Position numbers and translations under genes: made by a program. The notes under the pieces were generated by a model, which searched no databases, was not told the origin of the DNA, and worked only from the letters and a program-made list of their open reading frames with translations. A DNA stretch of 63,988 nucleotides, counting the filler, from Ionaspis alba (Eukaryota): NCBI GenBank assembly GCA_964255285.1. It is 10 parts of 10 records of this genome, joined end to end, with 100 filler letters (N's around TTAATTAATTAA, not from the genome) between each part and the next. Parts side by side here need not be neighbours in the genome. Positions count along the whole stretch, not along the records: positions 51,374 to 57,635 come from CAXUUL010000935.1; positions 57,736 to 63,988 come from CAXUUL010000936.1; 8 more parts are not named here. One strand, 5' to 3'. Below are positions 51,374-62,980 of this stretch, in pieces; positions within the stretch are counted from its first letter, which is position 1; the number at the start of each line of letters is the position of its first letter.

Positions 51374-51958
51374 CATCAAATCCTCCGCCACCCTCTTCAA
51401 CTCCACCAAGATCCCCTTCCTCTCTTCCTTCTCAACGACGTTCCCCATCCAGACTATCCTATACTTAGGAACCGGCTCCCAGACCTCCCTCTCTGCCATC
51501 TCCTCAATCCTTGCTATCCACTTTAGCGCCTTCTTAGCAAGTCGCGCAGACCTCGCATGCGACCTAGCAAGCACCGCGAACAGAAGGTACGCCTTGGCAC
51601 GATAGAAGATAGGAGTCTTTGGGTCGTGGGTCAGGGCGTGGCAGTCGGCGCGAGCAGCGAGGTAGTCGGGTTCTGAGCTGAAGGCGGTCTCTTGAGCCTT
51701 TGTGGTGTTAGCCGTGAAAATTGAATGAACGTGAGGATGAGGAGTAGGGAATGGATGGAAGGAATGGTGGAGCCGGGAATTCAGGGAGCAGAGGTCGCAT
51801 GAATGACTTACAGAATCATATATCTGCATGTAGTCGAGGGCCTCCTCGGAGAGTTCTGGATGACTACCGAAGGAGGGCTTTGATGGTACTGGATATGATG
51901 ATCCGTAGGCGGAAGCGCTGTAGTCGATGTACGTGCGTTCAGGAGTGGGTTGCGACAT
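51374..51958 (-). CDS. Hypothetical protein, helical, 3' end truncated; probable intron 51811-51698
   Basis: ATG at 51958; GTAAGT..GCTAAC..AAG intron; downstream exon AQETAFSSEPDYLAARADCHAL..YRAKAYLLFAVLA is open to the gap. Confidence 0.55.
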
Positions 51959-52660
51959 CTTGGACGGAGTGTTGAGTGTGGTGATGACTGTCGATGGTTA
52001 AACTTGAGCTACTTGTTCAGCAACGAGGACAACACTAGGGCGGTACGTGTGGCGTGAATGTGGAGCGCAGCAAGATTTGTGGGTGGTGGTTGAGCGGTCT
52101 CCGAAGTCTTTGGTTGAGATGTTCTTTAGGCAGACTCTGTCTCGACCGGGGTGCTGCGAATAGTGGGAACGGTGTAAGAAAGTATCCGGAAGTGTGTCGA
52201 ATGACGGTAGGCTCGAAGGAGTTCGCAGATGATGCGATTGCTTAATACGGGGCTGAATGTGAAGACGTGAGCTGAAGAGGGACGATGAATTTTTGGGCGA
52301 TTGCTCGGCGTGATCAAGAATCTGAGCTCAACCTTGATGCGTTGGGTCGCTCAATGACAGCCACTGCGAAGTTCACGGGTGGATCTGTGTGCAATCTGGT
52401 ATCTGCGGCGACGTGGACGGACAAATCAAGCCGCAATGAAGAGAAAAGACAAACGATTAAAGGTGTAGCATCAATTCATGGAATTTTATCAAAGTATAAG
52501 CGAAGGTGTTATCCAGACGAATGTCACGCAGAGACGAAGAAGATTATGATTATCACTAGAAGATCATATAGAAGCATTAGGGGTATCCAAGCAGACAACT
52601 TTTCCCATCCATACATTAACCATTCTTAATACCATGACCAGAATGCTGCCACACATTACT

Positions 52661-55600
52661 TCAGGAGATGTTGTACTTGCCCCAATGCTCCTCCATCTCA
52701 TAAGTATTCGCCCTCCCCGTTCGCGACCTCGATCTCTCTCTCCTGGAAGGGGGCTCAGGGATGACCGCCAATTCCACATCATGAGGATTATAATGTAAAT
52801 AATTCTGCAATCTCTCGCTCGGAATGCGATCCAAAAGTCTTGAAACAGGTCCCGCTGTGACCTTCCACACCTTCAGCATGATCCTCCTCGAGAATCTATT
52901 GAAGGCAACAAGCAATGCAATGATGATGACCGCGAGGGAGACGGAGATCATATACACGAACACGGTGTAGAGTGAAGGATTGGTCGGCGTACCGCTCCAC
53001 TCTCGGACGTTGATGCCGAAGACGGAGGCGAAGAAGGAGAGGGGTAAGAAGATAATAGTAAAAATAGTGAAGATCATGACAGAGCGAGATTGGTTGGCAG
53101 CGACTTCTGTTTGTTCTCGAGCCAGGTGCGCTTCGACGATATTGGCTTGTTTTTGTTTCATGTCGAGGAGCTTTTGGAACTAAGGGTCTGTCAGCATGAG
53201 TACTGCGTAGCTGAAGAGGCGACTCACAGCATCCTGAGCTACACTGGCGCTCTTCAACATGCCAGAGACCTGCTCCTCGTACCCGGATAGAGTGTGGTCC
53301 ACCTCCTGGAGAAAGTAGATGCCATGTCGACCTTTGCGATGAGAGTTGTTCAATACTTTATACTGCTTGACCATATCGGCGACGCACTTGTGCTGCTCTA
53401 TTAGAAGCTTCGAGATTGTGTTGAGCTCATCTTCGATATCCCGCAGCTCTAGTAATGCGTTCAAGTCTTCGCGATTGTCGACATATCTTGGCAATTTCTT
53501 GACGTCCAGATCTTGAGGGTCGCGATATCGATGATTGTCTCGAAACTCCTTGAATGATTTGGTCTGCTGTTCGGTCTGGTGGTTGTCAGTTAGCAGATTC
53601 TCGTAGCAGTCGAGGGCCATACTAACAAGGATACTGATGTACTCCTCGAATATCCTGAACACCTGCAAGTTTGGGTCATCGGTGTGGTCAAGAAGGGCCT
53701 TCACGGCATGAAAGACAGCCAGTGCCGCAAAGTCAAAACAGTCATCACACTGTCTGGCATGATCCCCATTGACATCCTGAGAAATTAGTAATTTGGTCGT
53801 CATAGGTCTCCATTGCGGTCTCCTACCTTGTAGATGTTGGCTTTGACGTCGCCTTCTTGAAAAGTCCCAGTGTCGTGCTCCGTTTTCTCCTTCACCGGCA
53901 AGAACGTGACTACCGTACTCTCGTCCACGATCCAACACCAGAGCTGGTCTAGGAATGGTCAGCGGACGAACTACTTTATGACGGTGATGTTCCTCCTGCC
54001 TATCATGAGCACTTTTGCTACTGTATCTTCATTCACCGTTCTGACTTTGCTATGTCGGGGTCCGGAAGGCCGCGTAGAATGTAAGATTGCATTAATATTA
54101 TGCATGGTCGAATCTCTGGGTGGTATTGCATCTACAGTCTGAGTTTTGGTCCGCTTATAGAGGACTTGGTCAACGTCCCGTGCCTCAGTATTGCGTAAGC
54201 TCGGGTACCCATACTGATCCAAAGTTCTGAAGCACAGTCAGTGGATGCTGATATGCGTTTGCGTCAAGCAGTACCTTCTACAGTGAAGGGGCCATTTGGA
54301 ATTCAAATACTGCCAGATGAGCTTGCTTTCAAGTGAATTTCCCTTCGCAATCGCTGAATCAATAGGATGAACATAGGATTTCGTTCCTCGTTTCTTGATG
54401 ACTGCAGCGCGGGCCTGTAGACGGTGAAAGGTGTCCCAATGCAGATATGGTAAATAAAGAGCAAATTGAGCTTGCTCAGTTGCACTCGATGGCGACAAGA
54501 GCTCGTCGCTGTGCATTGCGTGGAACTTCTTGGGCGGCAGAACCTTACAATGTGGTCTTACGAATCTTGCATGGGAAGAAGCATGCCGGGAACGATTATG
54601 GTGCGATGCCCAGCACTGGTCGGACAACAGCTTCCCATGGAGGTCTGGTATTCCCTTTTCTTGGGAGATTTTTGATAGAACTTGTGGCACCCAATTCGAA
54701 TTATTGCATGGCACGTTAATCCATCGGAAACGATCGCTCGACTGAGTTGGTGCTTGATATGTCCGAGCTTTTGCGGGTCTTCTGTCTAAGTTCTCCAAAA
54801 GCGGCATGTCAGTATCGCGTTGACGCTGAAGGGAGCCTGGCTTGGAAACAGTGGATGTAGGATTAAGACTGCCAAGGGTTGGTAGATACATTGATTCGGA
54901 ACTTAGAGAAAGCCTGGGGCCTAGTGACGGCCGACGTGTGTGAATGTTCTTAGGTATGACAGTGACAGGAGCCGCCAGCGTAGAATGCGACTCCACGTCC
55001 GGAGATGGATTGATAGCGCTCTCGCCTGCAACAGGTGCAAGGGTAATAATAGGTGCAGCGGTGTCTGGAGCTGACGGCGGTGCCTGCGTCTTCAGTACCA
55101 CAGAACTTTGCGACGGATGGCGTACTCTGATTTGCGGTTCAGGTGCTGGCACTCCATTGACCTGGTTCTGATCCTTCTTTGTTGGCCGTAGCCTTCTACG
55201 AAGGCAATCGGCTGGTCCATGCTCTAAGAGGTCTTGCAAACTTGGGTACTCGGACCAAACTCTGATAGAGACCTTATCAGCCGACAACTCCATCTCATAG
55301 AATTGATGAACATCGACTTGGATATCGGCCATGATGCTGGTCGTCAAGTGATGATGGGCTGCACGATCTTGAGCACTAGTGGAAGCGATGAAGGCTTGAA
55401 GCTCTTTGCAGAACCCGCCAAAAAGCTCGTCATCATCTGCAAAGCGAGCTGTTCCAACATGGGTGGTGTCCATCTGAATGTTCTGTTCTTCCTCGATTAA
55501 AACGTCGGTAGTGCTCATCTTGCTTGAGGAAGCATCAACAACGTAGAGTCCAACAGTGGTAAGGGACTCGCCAGAGCCGTCCCCAGAGGTAAGCACTTTG

Positions 55601-56457
55601 AGTTTCGTTTCCCTCGTCTCAACGAAATTCCATATCCTGATACCTAGGGATATTGACCCAAATCTATGGTTGAGGAGAGTAAGATCGGGGTCTTCTACAG
55701 AGAACTGATCTTGCAAAAGTTCCGACATCTCAAATTTTAGATTCAATCTATTCTTGACCGCTTGAGTAAACTCGAACCTAGACAGCACACTGGAGCCATG
55801 GTGAGGTGTGCCGAAGAAAGCGATGCCCAAGCAAACGGCTGCTAGACTGGGACTGTCTTCTTTAAGCTTCGTGGTCAAAGCCTACAGGCATGATTAGCAT
55901 GTTGGAGGGTACACCGCCGCCGAAAATAACACATACTCTTTTCAAGATTATCCCACCGGTGCTGTGGCAAATGAAAAAGAGAGGCCGCTGTTGCAGCTAT
56001 ATTCTATCAGCTAGTCTCTCAATGACGAACATATTAGGGACGCTACACTGGCTGTGTTCCGCCGCTCATGGATTGCTTCGAGGAATCTCGTAGTCCACCC
56101 ATCGATATTCAGCTCTGCTAACGACCGTTGTACCAATGCATACTCTCTTGTGCTAGATTTGTGATTATCGCTAGTGCTAGGCTTAACCTCGACGGATCGC
56201 TCGTCCGGCTTCAGATGATCGTAAAGTAGTACTCGCGCCGACGGAATTTCGTCGTGTAACGCAGGACCGAGCCATTGGTAAGGGAGGCCATCACGGTGGC
56301 TGTTCCAAGTCGTATTTGGATCTGCGCAGATGGCTGGAATGCCAATTATGCTATCGCGCCGTCAGTATAGTTACTTCCACGCGCAGTGACGTTCGGCATA
56401 CTCGATCTTTGTGTTCGCAACCGAATCATAGCCTGGTGGAGATGGCACAAAGGCCAT
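52661..56457 (-). CDS. Multi-exon fusion: N-terminal SesB/DUF676-like alpha/beta hydrolase plus C-terminal CorA-like Mg2+-transporter domain with two TM helices
   Basis: Exons from ATG 56457 give KID|IIGIPAICADPNTTW..W..LHDEIPSARVLLYDH..|RPLFFICHSTGGIILKR|AL..GIAFFGTPHHGS. Then RWINVPCNNSNWV, LYLPYLHWD, HCRR|TLDQYGYPSL..RDVDQVL, DQLWCWIVD, LELRDIEDELNTI, LLDMKQKQAN, SVMIFTIFTIIFLPLSFFASVFGIN. Confidence 0.85.
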
Positions 56458-57515
56458 TGGACTTCAAGCCCGAGCCAATTGCCCGCTCAAGGCTGAGGTT
56501 CGTCAGATCGCATTGGCCGCGATAGCTGCACGCTGCAGAGATGGCAGGGGGGAGCACGGATTGCGGACTCTGGTCTTGTCAAATAGAAGGAATGCCGGCA
56601 GCAAAGAAACACACTCGAGACTCCACCAAAAAGCAGTTGCTGTAAGCAAGAACGAGGATAAGCAGCAGAGACGACAGAGCCGCATACATCCCTCAGAGGT
56701 AACCCCATCTCTCTTGCGGCCGACCAGATCTGGTTTACGGCGAATGGCGCATCAGCCTCATGCCTTGATGAAGACGGCACCTATGCACGATCCCTGCATG
56801 ATAGACCGCCATTGCCCCCACAGAGCTCGTTCTCCCTTGCAGTGCTTGCCAACCACCGTTCATGCACCGATTGTTCTATGCATGTTCATGTTGACAACGT
56901 TGTTGATGTCTTGAGCTAGATATCAGAGGCGAGATATGTATGTCACTACAGAGGACAAATAGACAAAGCCTGGAGCTCCGGATTCCGATCGTGCCAAGGA
57001 ATCTGGGCACAAGATGCCAAGAGTCGCTTCCAAATGTGTGGACATTGCCCGAGATGACGCCGCCCCGCTCAAGATCATGGAAACATCCTTCACTCAACAC
57101 TGACGCTTTACGGTTCAAGACCGTTAAATGATGGTATACAATGTCGGACTCAATTACAAAATCACAAAATCAAAGTTCATGGACAGTTATGCGTTTGACA
57201 ACTTTCATTCCCAAGCTAACCTAGCTACCAAGATCCAAGCTAAAGATTTGCAGTAGAGACAGTGATCATCCCTCAGGGACACGGCCAACACAACCCGCCG
57301 AATTTTACCTCGGAAAGGAGCGAGAAGAAAGAGAAAGTCATGTTCCAGCCAATGAAAGCGTGAAGTTTCCTAAGCGCAAAAATAAGACTTAAAACGTTAG
57401 TTCGACACAACTCCCAACTTTCAGTTTGCCGTGTCCTCCGCATACACCTCCCGCCTTCCCTCATCTCTGTCAACTTCTCAACTCTCTCCACGTTCGTACC
57501 GACTCCACCTCGTAC

Positions 57516-57635
57516 CTAAGCTCTGAAGGTGCGGCGGTAGTGGTATCCGCTCTTCTTGGACTTTCCGCTCTTGTTTGATTTGTTAGATTTTCCGGATTTC
57601 TTGGATTTGTTTGATTTTCCGGACTTTCCACTCTT
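57516..57635 (-). CDS. 3' end of a gene with a K-S-x tripeptide repeat tail (KSGKSGKSNKSKKSGKSNKSNKSGKSKKSGYHYRRTFRA*)
   Basis: 40 codons open from the scaffold end to TAG. Ser is encoded by AGT, TCC, TCA, TCT and AGC, so the repeat is conserved at protein level. Confidence 0.65.
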   Translation of the reverse strand, partial: KSGKSGKSNKSKKSGKSNKSNKSGKSKKSGYHYRRTFRA

Positions 57636-58563
57636 NNNNNNNNNNNNNNNNNNNNNNNNNNNNNNNNNNNNNNNNNNNNTTAATTAATTAANNNNNNNNN
57701 NNNNNNNNNNNNNNNNNNNNNNNNNNNNNNNNNNNACAGTGCGGCTATTGTAACCACATGCCTCTATTGACCACTTGACTTCAGGATTTGTTATGTTAGC
57801 CATAGAGCACATGTAACGACGCTCTGAAGTTCAATTCTGAATAGCAGGTAGAATAGATCGAAGTACATGCGCGCGATCTTTATCAGTGGAGCATGCCAAT
57901 TTCAAGATCGGCATTAGACCACCGCAAAAAGGGTTCAGTTCCGCTGCGAAACGTCCATAACCAGGAGTAGCATCCAGGCGAAGGACCTTGACAGGCATCG
58001 AAGCCAATCAAGCATGAATCCAAGGAGGAGTTGTTGGCGGAAGCAGAACGGTCAGTGGTCCTTTCCATTTCCCGTTCCTTGCTTGCAAGAGCCGATCGTG
58101 GCTTGTTATTCGTTGCTCCGCTCGCCTCCCCATGCGGCTACTTGGCGTCGTTGACACTCACGTCATAGGCGGACCACACTTTCAGCGGACAAATTTGCGG
58201 AGCGATGCCCGCTTCTGCTCTGCTTTTTGTGTGTGCAGACTGCTCAGGGGATCAGTGGTAGTATTATTCGAGTAACCGTGATGCAAGATCTTTGGACTAT
58301 GGCTTAGGACATTTCAGCATTCGTGCAACCATTACTTCTTTGCCATCTCTACCTTGTTCAATAGGTATCTACTACTATTGAATAGACGATACTATCGTTA
58401 CTCTCTTGCCTTCATTTCTCTAACGACTACTGCTTCGACCATCGTTCGACCGTTGCAAAAGCTTGATTCGATTGGTCAGAGGCGAGAGGACCTCCATTGC
58501 AGTTTGCCAATACTATCTACCTCCATCTCTCGACGACAGTTAGATCACAATCTACCCGCGGCA

Positions 58564-60927
58564 ATGGAGTCCGCCACGAGTGATCGACAATGCGATGCTC
58601 CAGATGCTACGCATACACGGCGCGCATCAGTTTTCGTGGAGGTAGATGTCGATGGGTCAACCGAGACCAAGACTCCTACAAGACCTCAAAGACGCGTCCG
58701 CTTCTGCAGCAAGCACGACGTCTTCGAAATGCCGAGACTCGAAGACTTCCTGTCGTCGCATGATTACGATCACCACGAATTGGAGCACAATAACGACTCC
58801 ACCCAACCTTTTCCAACAGCCTCTCACACTTCCCTCTCGTCCTTCACCCGCATCTTTCCATTTACCATCATACTCATCGCGATCATGACCTTGTTACACA
58901 ATTCACCTCTGATCGGTACTGCTGGAGACTCGGCTATTGGGGTCCAAGGTGGCGTGATCAAAGCACCACGGGAAAACGGCCAGCTCGTGAGCAGAGCTAT
59001 GGTTGACAGAGACCTGGTTGAAAGAGCCGATAGCTCCGCAGACACATGTACACGATGGAGTCACCAGAGTGCCGTTGTCAACGGTACACTATACATCTAT
59101 GGTGGTCAAGCCAAGCAGACCTCTAAACAGTCTACGGACACATGGAACAACAACTTTCTGTACCTTCCACTCAACGATTCATTCACGATCGCTTCGCCAA
59201 CTCTCAAGGGCATGCCTCAACCATCTGGTCCTCCTCCAGTCGCGAACGGCTATCTCTGGAACTCGTATGACTCGCTTTTCCTCTACGGAGGCGAATTCTC
59301 GGATAAACCTGCTACCTCGCCTGTGCCATACGCCATGTGGGAATATGATATCAAAGCTGGCAGCTGGAAGAAGCACGACTCGCCCAAGACTTCAGATGGA
59401 ACCAATTCTGATCCAGGAAACCAACCTGTTATGCAAGCAGCTGAAGGAGCCGGTATTAGTGTACCAGAATTAGGAAGAGGGTGGTATTTCGGTGGTCATC
59501 TGGATGGTTTCACTGTGGCCGGATGGTCTCAATCTGTAGCAAGAGTATATCTGAGATCCATGATCGAATTCACCTTCCCTGGCTACTCGAACAAAGACAT
59601 CAAATCACTTAGCGGGGGACAGCCTGCAGGTAGTGATGGAGCATGGCGTAACATCACCCAGGGAGGTCTCCAAGAAAGCAAAGGTTTCACAGAACGAGCG
59701 GATGGCGTTCTCGTTTACGTTCCTGGGTACGGTCCAGAGGGCATTATTCTAGGCCTTGCTGGAGGCACAGATTCCACCTTTACAGAAATGAATATCATCG
59801 ACGTATTCGACGTTGCTACCTCCTCATGGTATAAGCAATCGACGGCCGGGCCAGCCCCCAAGATTCGCGTGAATCCATGCGCAGTAGCTGCGTCTGCCGC
59901 CGACGGATCCAGTACCAATATCTATATGTTCGGTGGCCAAAACCTGGTACCATACGCCGATCAAATCCAGTACGACGACATGTACATCCTCACCGTCCCC
60001 AGTTTTACCTGGATCAAAGTCGACACAAGCAATCAATCCGTTCCCTATGCCCGCGCAGGCCACAGCTGCCATCTCTGGAACAGCCAAATGATAGTCGTCG
60101 GCGGCTACGTCGGCAAAGACATCGGCTGTGACAGTCCCGGCATCTACGTCTTCGACGCATCTCAACTCAAATGGGTCAACTCATTCACCGCGCTCTCGGG
60201 CGGCAACGTGCAAAACCAGCAATTGGCTCAACAAGCCAACCCCACCGGTCTAAGCGGTAGCTACGGCTACCAAGTCCCCGCTGCAGTCCAAAGCGTCATC
60301 GGCGGACAAGCCACCGGCGGCGCAACCGTCACCGCCCCCGCCATCCTCGCCACCGACGGCCCCCTCGCAACCGGCAAACCCATCACCTACACTGTAACCG
60401 GCGCGGACGGAGCCACTGTCACCGAAACCGTCAACTCCCCCAACAGCCCCACCTCGCAGAAGGCGACAGGCCCCAACATTGCCGCTATTGTCGCAGGCGT
60501 CGTCGCCGGCCTCCTCTTCATCATCTGCTGCTACCTCGGCTTTTGCGCCTGGGTCTACAGGCGCCAGCTCAAGCTCTACAAGAACCACGTCGCGATGTCA
60601 CAGCGCGCGGCTGCAGCCGGCGGCCTCAACGAAAAATCAACTTTCCTCGGCGCCGCGGGCGGGATCAGGACTTCGGCAGAGGGATCCTCGACAGGCCGCG
60701 GGAAGTACTCGACTGATCAGAGTAGTGGACCCTCGGGGAGTGGGTACCGCAGCAGCAATAATGGGGCTGGTGAAGTCCCGCCATTGCCGACGGGCGTGCA
60801 GGCGCCTGTTGGGGGAAACAGTACGGCGAATTCGAGTACGGAGGATTTGATGACGGGGCAGGAACCGAGTTTTATTGGGGTGTTGTTGAATCCGAGGCGG
60901 AGCTTGAGGGTTGTGAATCGCGATTGA
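58564..60927 (+). CDS. Kelch/galactose-oxidase-type beta-propeller membrane protein, intronless
   Basis: Kelch-like repeats (TLYIYGG, LFLYGG, GWYFGG, IYMFGG, MIVVGG), C-terminal TM IAAIVAGVVAGLLFIICCYLGFCAWVY followed by RR, tail EPSFIGVLLNPRRSLRVVNRD, and an extra hydrophobic segment FPFTIILIAIMTLL. The start codon is uncertain. Confidence 0.88.
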   Translation: MESATSDRQCDAPDATHTRRASVFVEVDVDGSTETKTPTRPQRRVRFCSKHDVFEMPRLEDFLSSHDYDHHELEHNNDSTQPFPTASHTSLSSFTRIFPFTIILIAIMTLLHNSPLIGTAGDSAIGVQGGVIKAPRENGQLVSRAMVDRDLVERADSSADTCTRWSHQSAVVNGTLYIYGGQAKQTSKQSTDTWNNNFLYLPLNDSFTIASPTLKGMPQPSGPPPVANGYLWNSYDSLFLYGGEFSDKPATSPVPYAMWEYDIKAGSWKKHDSPKTSDGTNSDPGNQPVMQAAEGAGISVPELGRGWYFGGHLDGFTVAGWSQSVARVYLRSMIEFTFPGYSNKDIKSLSGGQPAGSDGAWRNITQGGLQESKGFTERADGVLVYVPGYGPEGIILGLAGGTDSTFTEMNIIDVFDVATSSWYKQSTAGPAPKIRVNPCAVAASAADGSSTNIYMFGGQNLVPYADQIQYDDMYILTVPSFTWIKVDTSNQSVPYARAGHSCHLWNSQMIVVGGYVGKDIGCDSPGIYVFDASQLKWVNSFTALSGGNVQNQQLAQQANPTGLSGSYGYQVPAAVQSVIGGQATGGATVTAPAILATDGPLATGKPITYTVTGADGATVTETVNSPNSPTSQKATGPNIAAIVAGVVAGLLFIICCYLGFCAWVYRRQLKLYKNHVAMSQRAAAAGGLNEKSTFLGAAGGIRTSAEGSSTGRGKYSTDQSSGPSGSGYRSSNNGAGEVPPLPTGVQAPVGGNSTANSSTEDLMTGQEPSFIGVLLNPRRSLRVVNRD

Positions 60928-61798
60928 TTTGATTGAGAATTTTATGATGGGGAGGGGAGAACTAATGAATTTTCTTGGTGTGGTGGGACCTGTATACGTG
61001 GTTGGGTTCTGGTTCGCTTCTGTGTACAAAAAGCAACGACTGTGTTGGTGGTGGGGGAAAGGAGCATGATATATGTGTGCTTCAAGGGGGGAGGTTTGGG
61101 GGAGGGGACTGGCGATACCCGGTGAACGTGCGAAGGTCGCGGCGTTTGGGTGGGAGATTTGAGAAAATGTTTGAGGGGAGTGAGAGGAGGCGAGGTTGGT
61201 AATGATATATAGATCTGTCGTATACGAGGACAGTTTATTACATATTTGGTACATGTGAGTTCAAGTTTTGAGGTGCCTTTGTTTCAGAGGGAAGTGATGC
61301 ATCGGATATCAATGATAGACGAGAGTCTACCTTAGTCTTAATGCCGGGTAATAGAGCAGCTTCTGCTAGCGAATGCTATAATGATCCACTAAAACGTTGT
61401 GGAAGACTAGTGCCAGGTTTAGGTCTAGATCCCTACACGAATGACGAACCTTGGCGATCTACGTCATACATCGCTGTTGCGCCTGATTTGTGTAGTCGTT
61501 CTGCCAGGCTGCGAAAACACGAGACTTCCATAGACTCAAGCATAGCGACTGGTGAGTCAAAAATCCTGCGCGCATGTACCCTGACATCGCTACATCTAAA
61601 CTGACTCTTTTACTCGCCAGCCATCGTTTTCCCTAGAACTTTTATGCCAGCAAGCCTAGAGTCTTAGAGATTACACAACCTACTTCTGAGGGATACTCGA
61701 CACTGACACACCGATTACACGCGAAGTCAGTCCTTAACGCGTGACAGTCGTTGAGCATCTCTACATTTTAGTCAAAACCCCAACACACTCAGCCTGTC

Positions 61799-62980
61799 AT
61801 GTCTACCGCCGTGGTCGACGCCGACTCCGACACCCTCGAACCTTCCCTCCAATGCATCCTCGACCAAAAGCCCATCCGCTGGATCTTTGTCGGCGGTAAA
61901 GGCGGTGTCGGCAAAACCACAACCTCATGCTCACTCGCCATCCAAATGGCCAAGGTCCGCAAATCAGTCCTCCTAATCTCGACCGACCCAGCGCACAACC
62001 TCTCCGATGCCTTCAGCCAAAAGTTCGGCAAAGAAGCGCGCCTAATCGACGGCTTCACAAACCTAAGCGCCATGGAAATCGACCCCAACGGGAGCATCCA
62101 AGATCTACTCAAAGAAGGCGGAGAAGGCGCCGAAGAGGCAATGGCAGGGATGGGCGGCATGGGAGGCATGATGCAAGATCTAGCATTTAGTGTGAGTCAA
62201 GCCCTTCCCTCCATTCATGCAGGTACCCGGAGGGCGAACTACTACCGCAGCAAGGCCTTGCTGAATCACAAGGGGTGCAGATACCAGGTGTGGATGAGGC
62301 AATGTCATTCGCCGAAGTGCTCAAGCAAGTCAAGTCACTATCCTACGAGGTCATCATCTTCGACACCGCGCCTACGGGCCACACGCTGCGCTTCCTGCAG
62401 TTCCCGACTGTGCTCGAGAAGGCGCTGGCGAAGCTGTCGCAGCTGTCTACGCAGTTTGGGCCGATGCTGAATTCGGTGATCGGGGCTCGCGGAGGCTTGC
62501 CCGGAGGACAGAATCTGGATGATTTGTTGCAGAAGATGGAGTCGCTGCGGGAAACGATTGGGGAGGTGAATACGCAGTTCAAGAATCCGGAGATGACGAC
62601 TTTTGTCTGTGTGTGCATTCCGGAGTTCTTGTCGCTGTATGAGACGGAGAGGATGATTCAGGAGTTGGCGTCTTATGAGATCGATACGCATGCGATTGTG
62701 GTCAATCAGTTGCTGTTTCCGAAGAAGAGTAATGATTGTGAGCAGTGCAATGCGAGGAGGAAGATGCAGAAGAAGTATTTGGAGCAGATTGAGGAGTTGT
62801 ATGATGAGTTTAATGTGGTTAAGATGCCGCTGCTTGTTGAAGAGGTTAGGGGGAAGGAAAGACTTGAGAAGTGAGTGTATTTTCTCGGATGTTTGGTACC
62901 TCTGGGGAAGAATGCTGACGTTACGGCTTGGAAACAGATTCAGCGAGATGCTCATCCATCCGTATGTACCACCAGAGTAG
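61799..62980 (+). CDS. GET3: ArsA-family ATPase of the guided entry of tail-anchored proteins pathway, 3 exons (61799-62191, 62281-62870, 62938-62980)
   Basis: Deviant Walker [54 protein letters not shown] and dimer CxxC (CEQC). Confidence 0.97.

Noticed and set aside
6396..57691. Regularly spaced TTAATTAATTAA repeats (~6.4 kb period) as a biological repeat or CRISPR-like array
   Set aside because: Always embedded in N runs of identical length; it is a six-frame-stop linker added during assembly.
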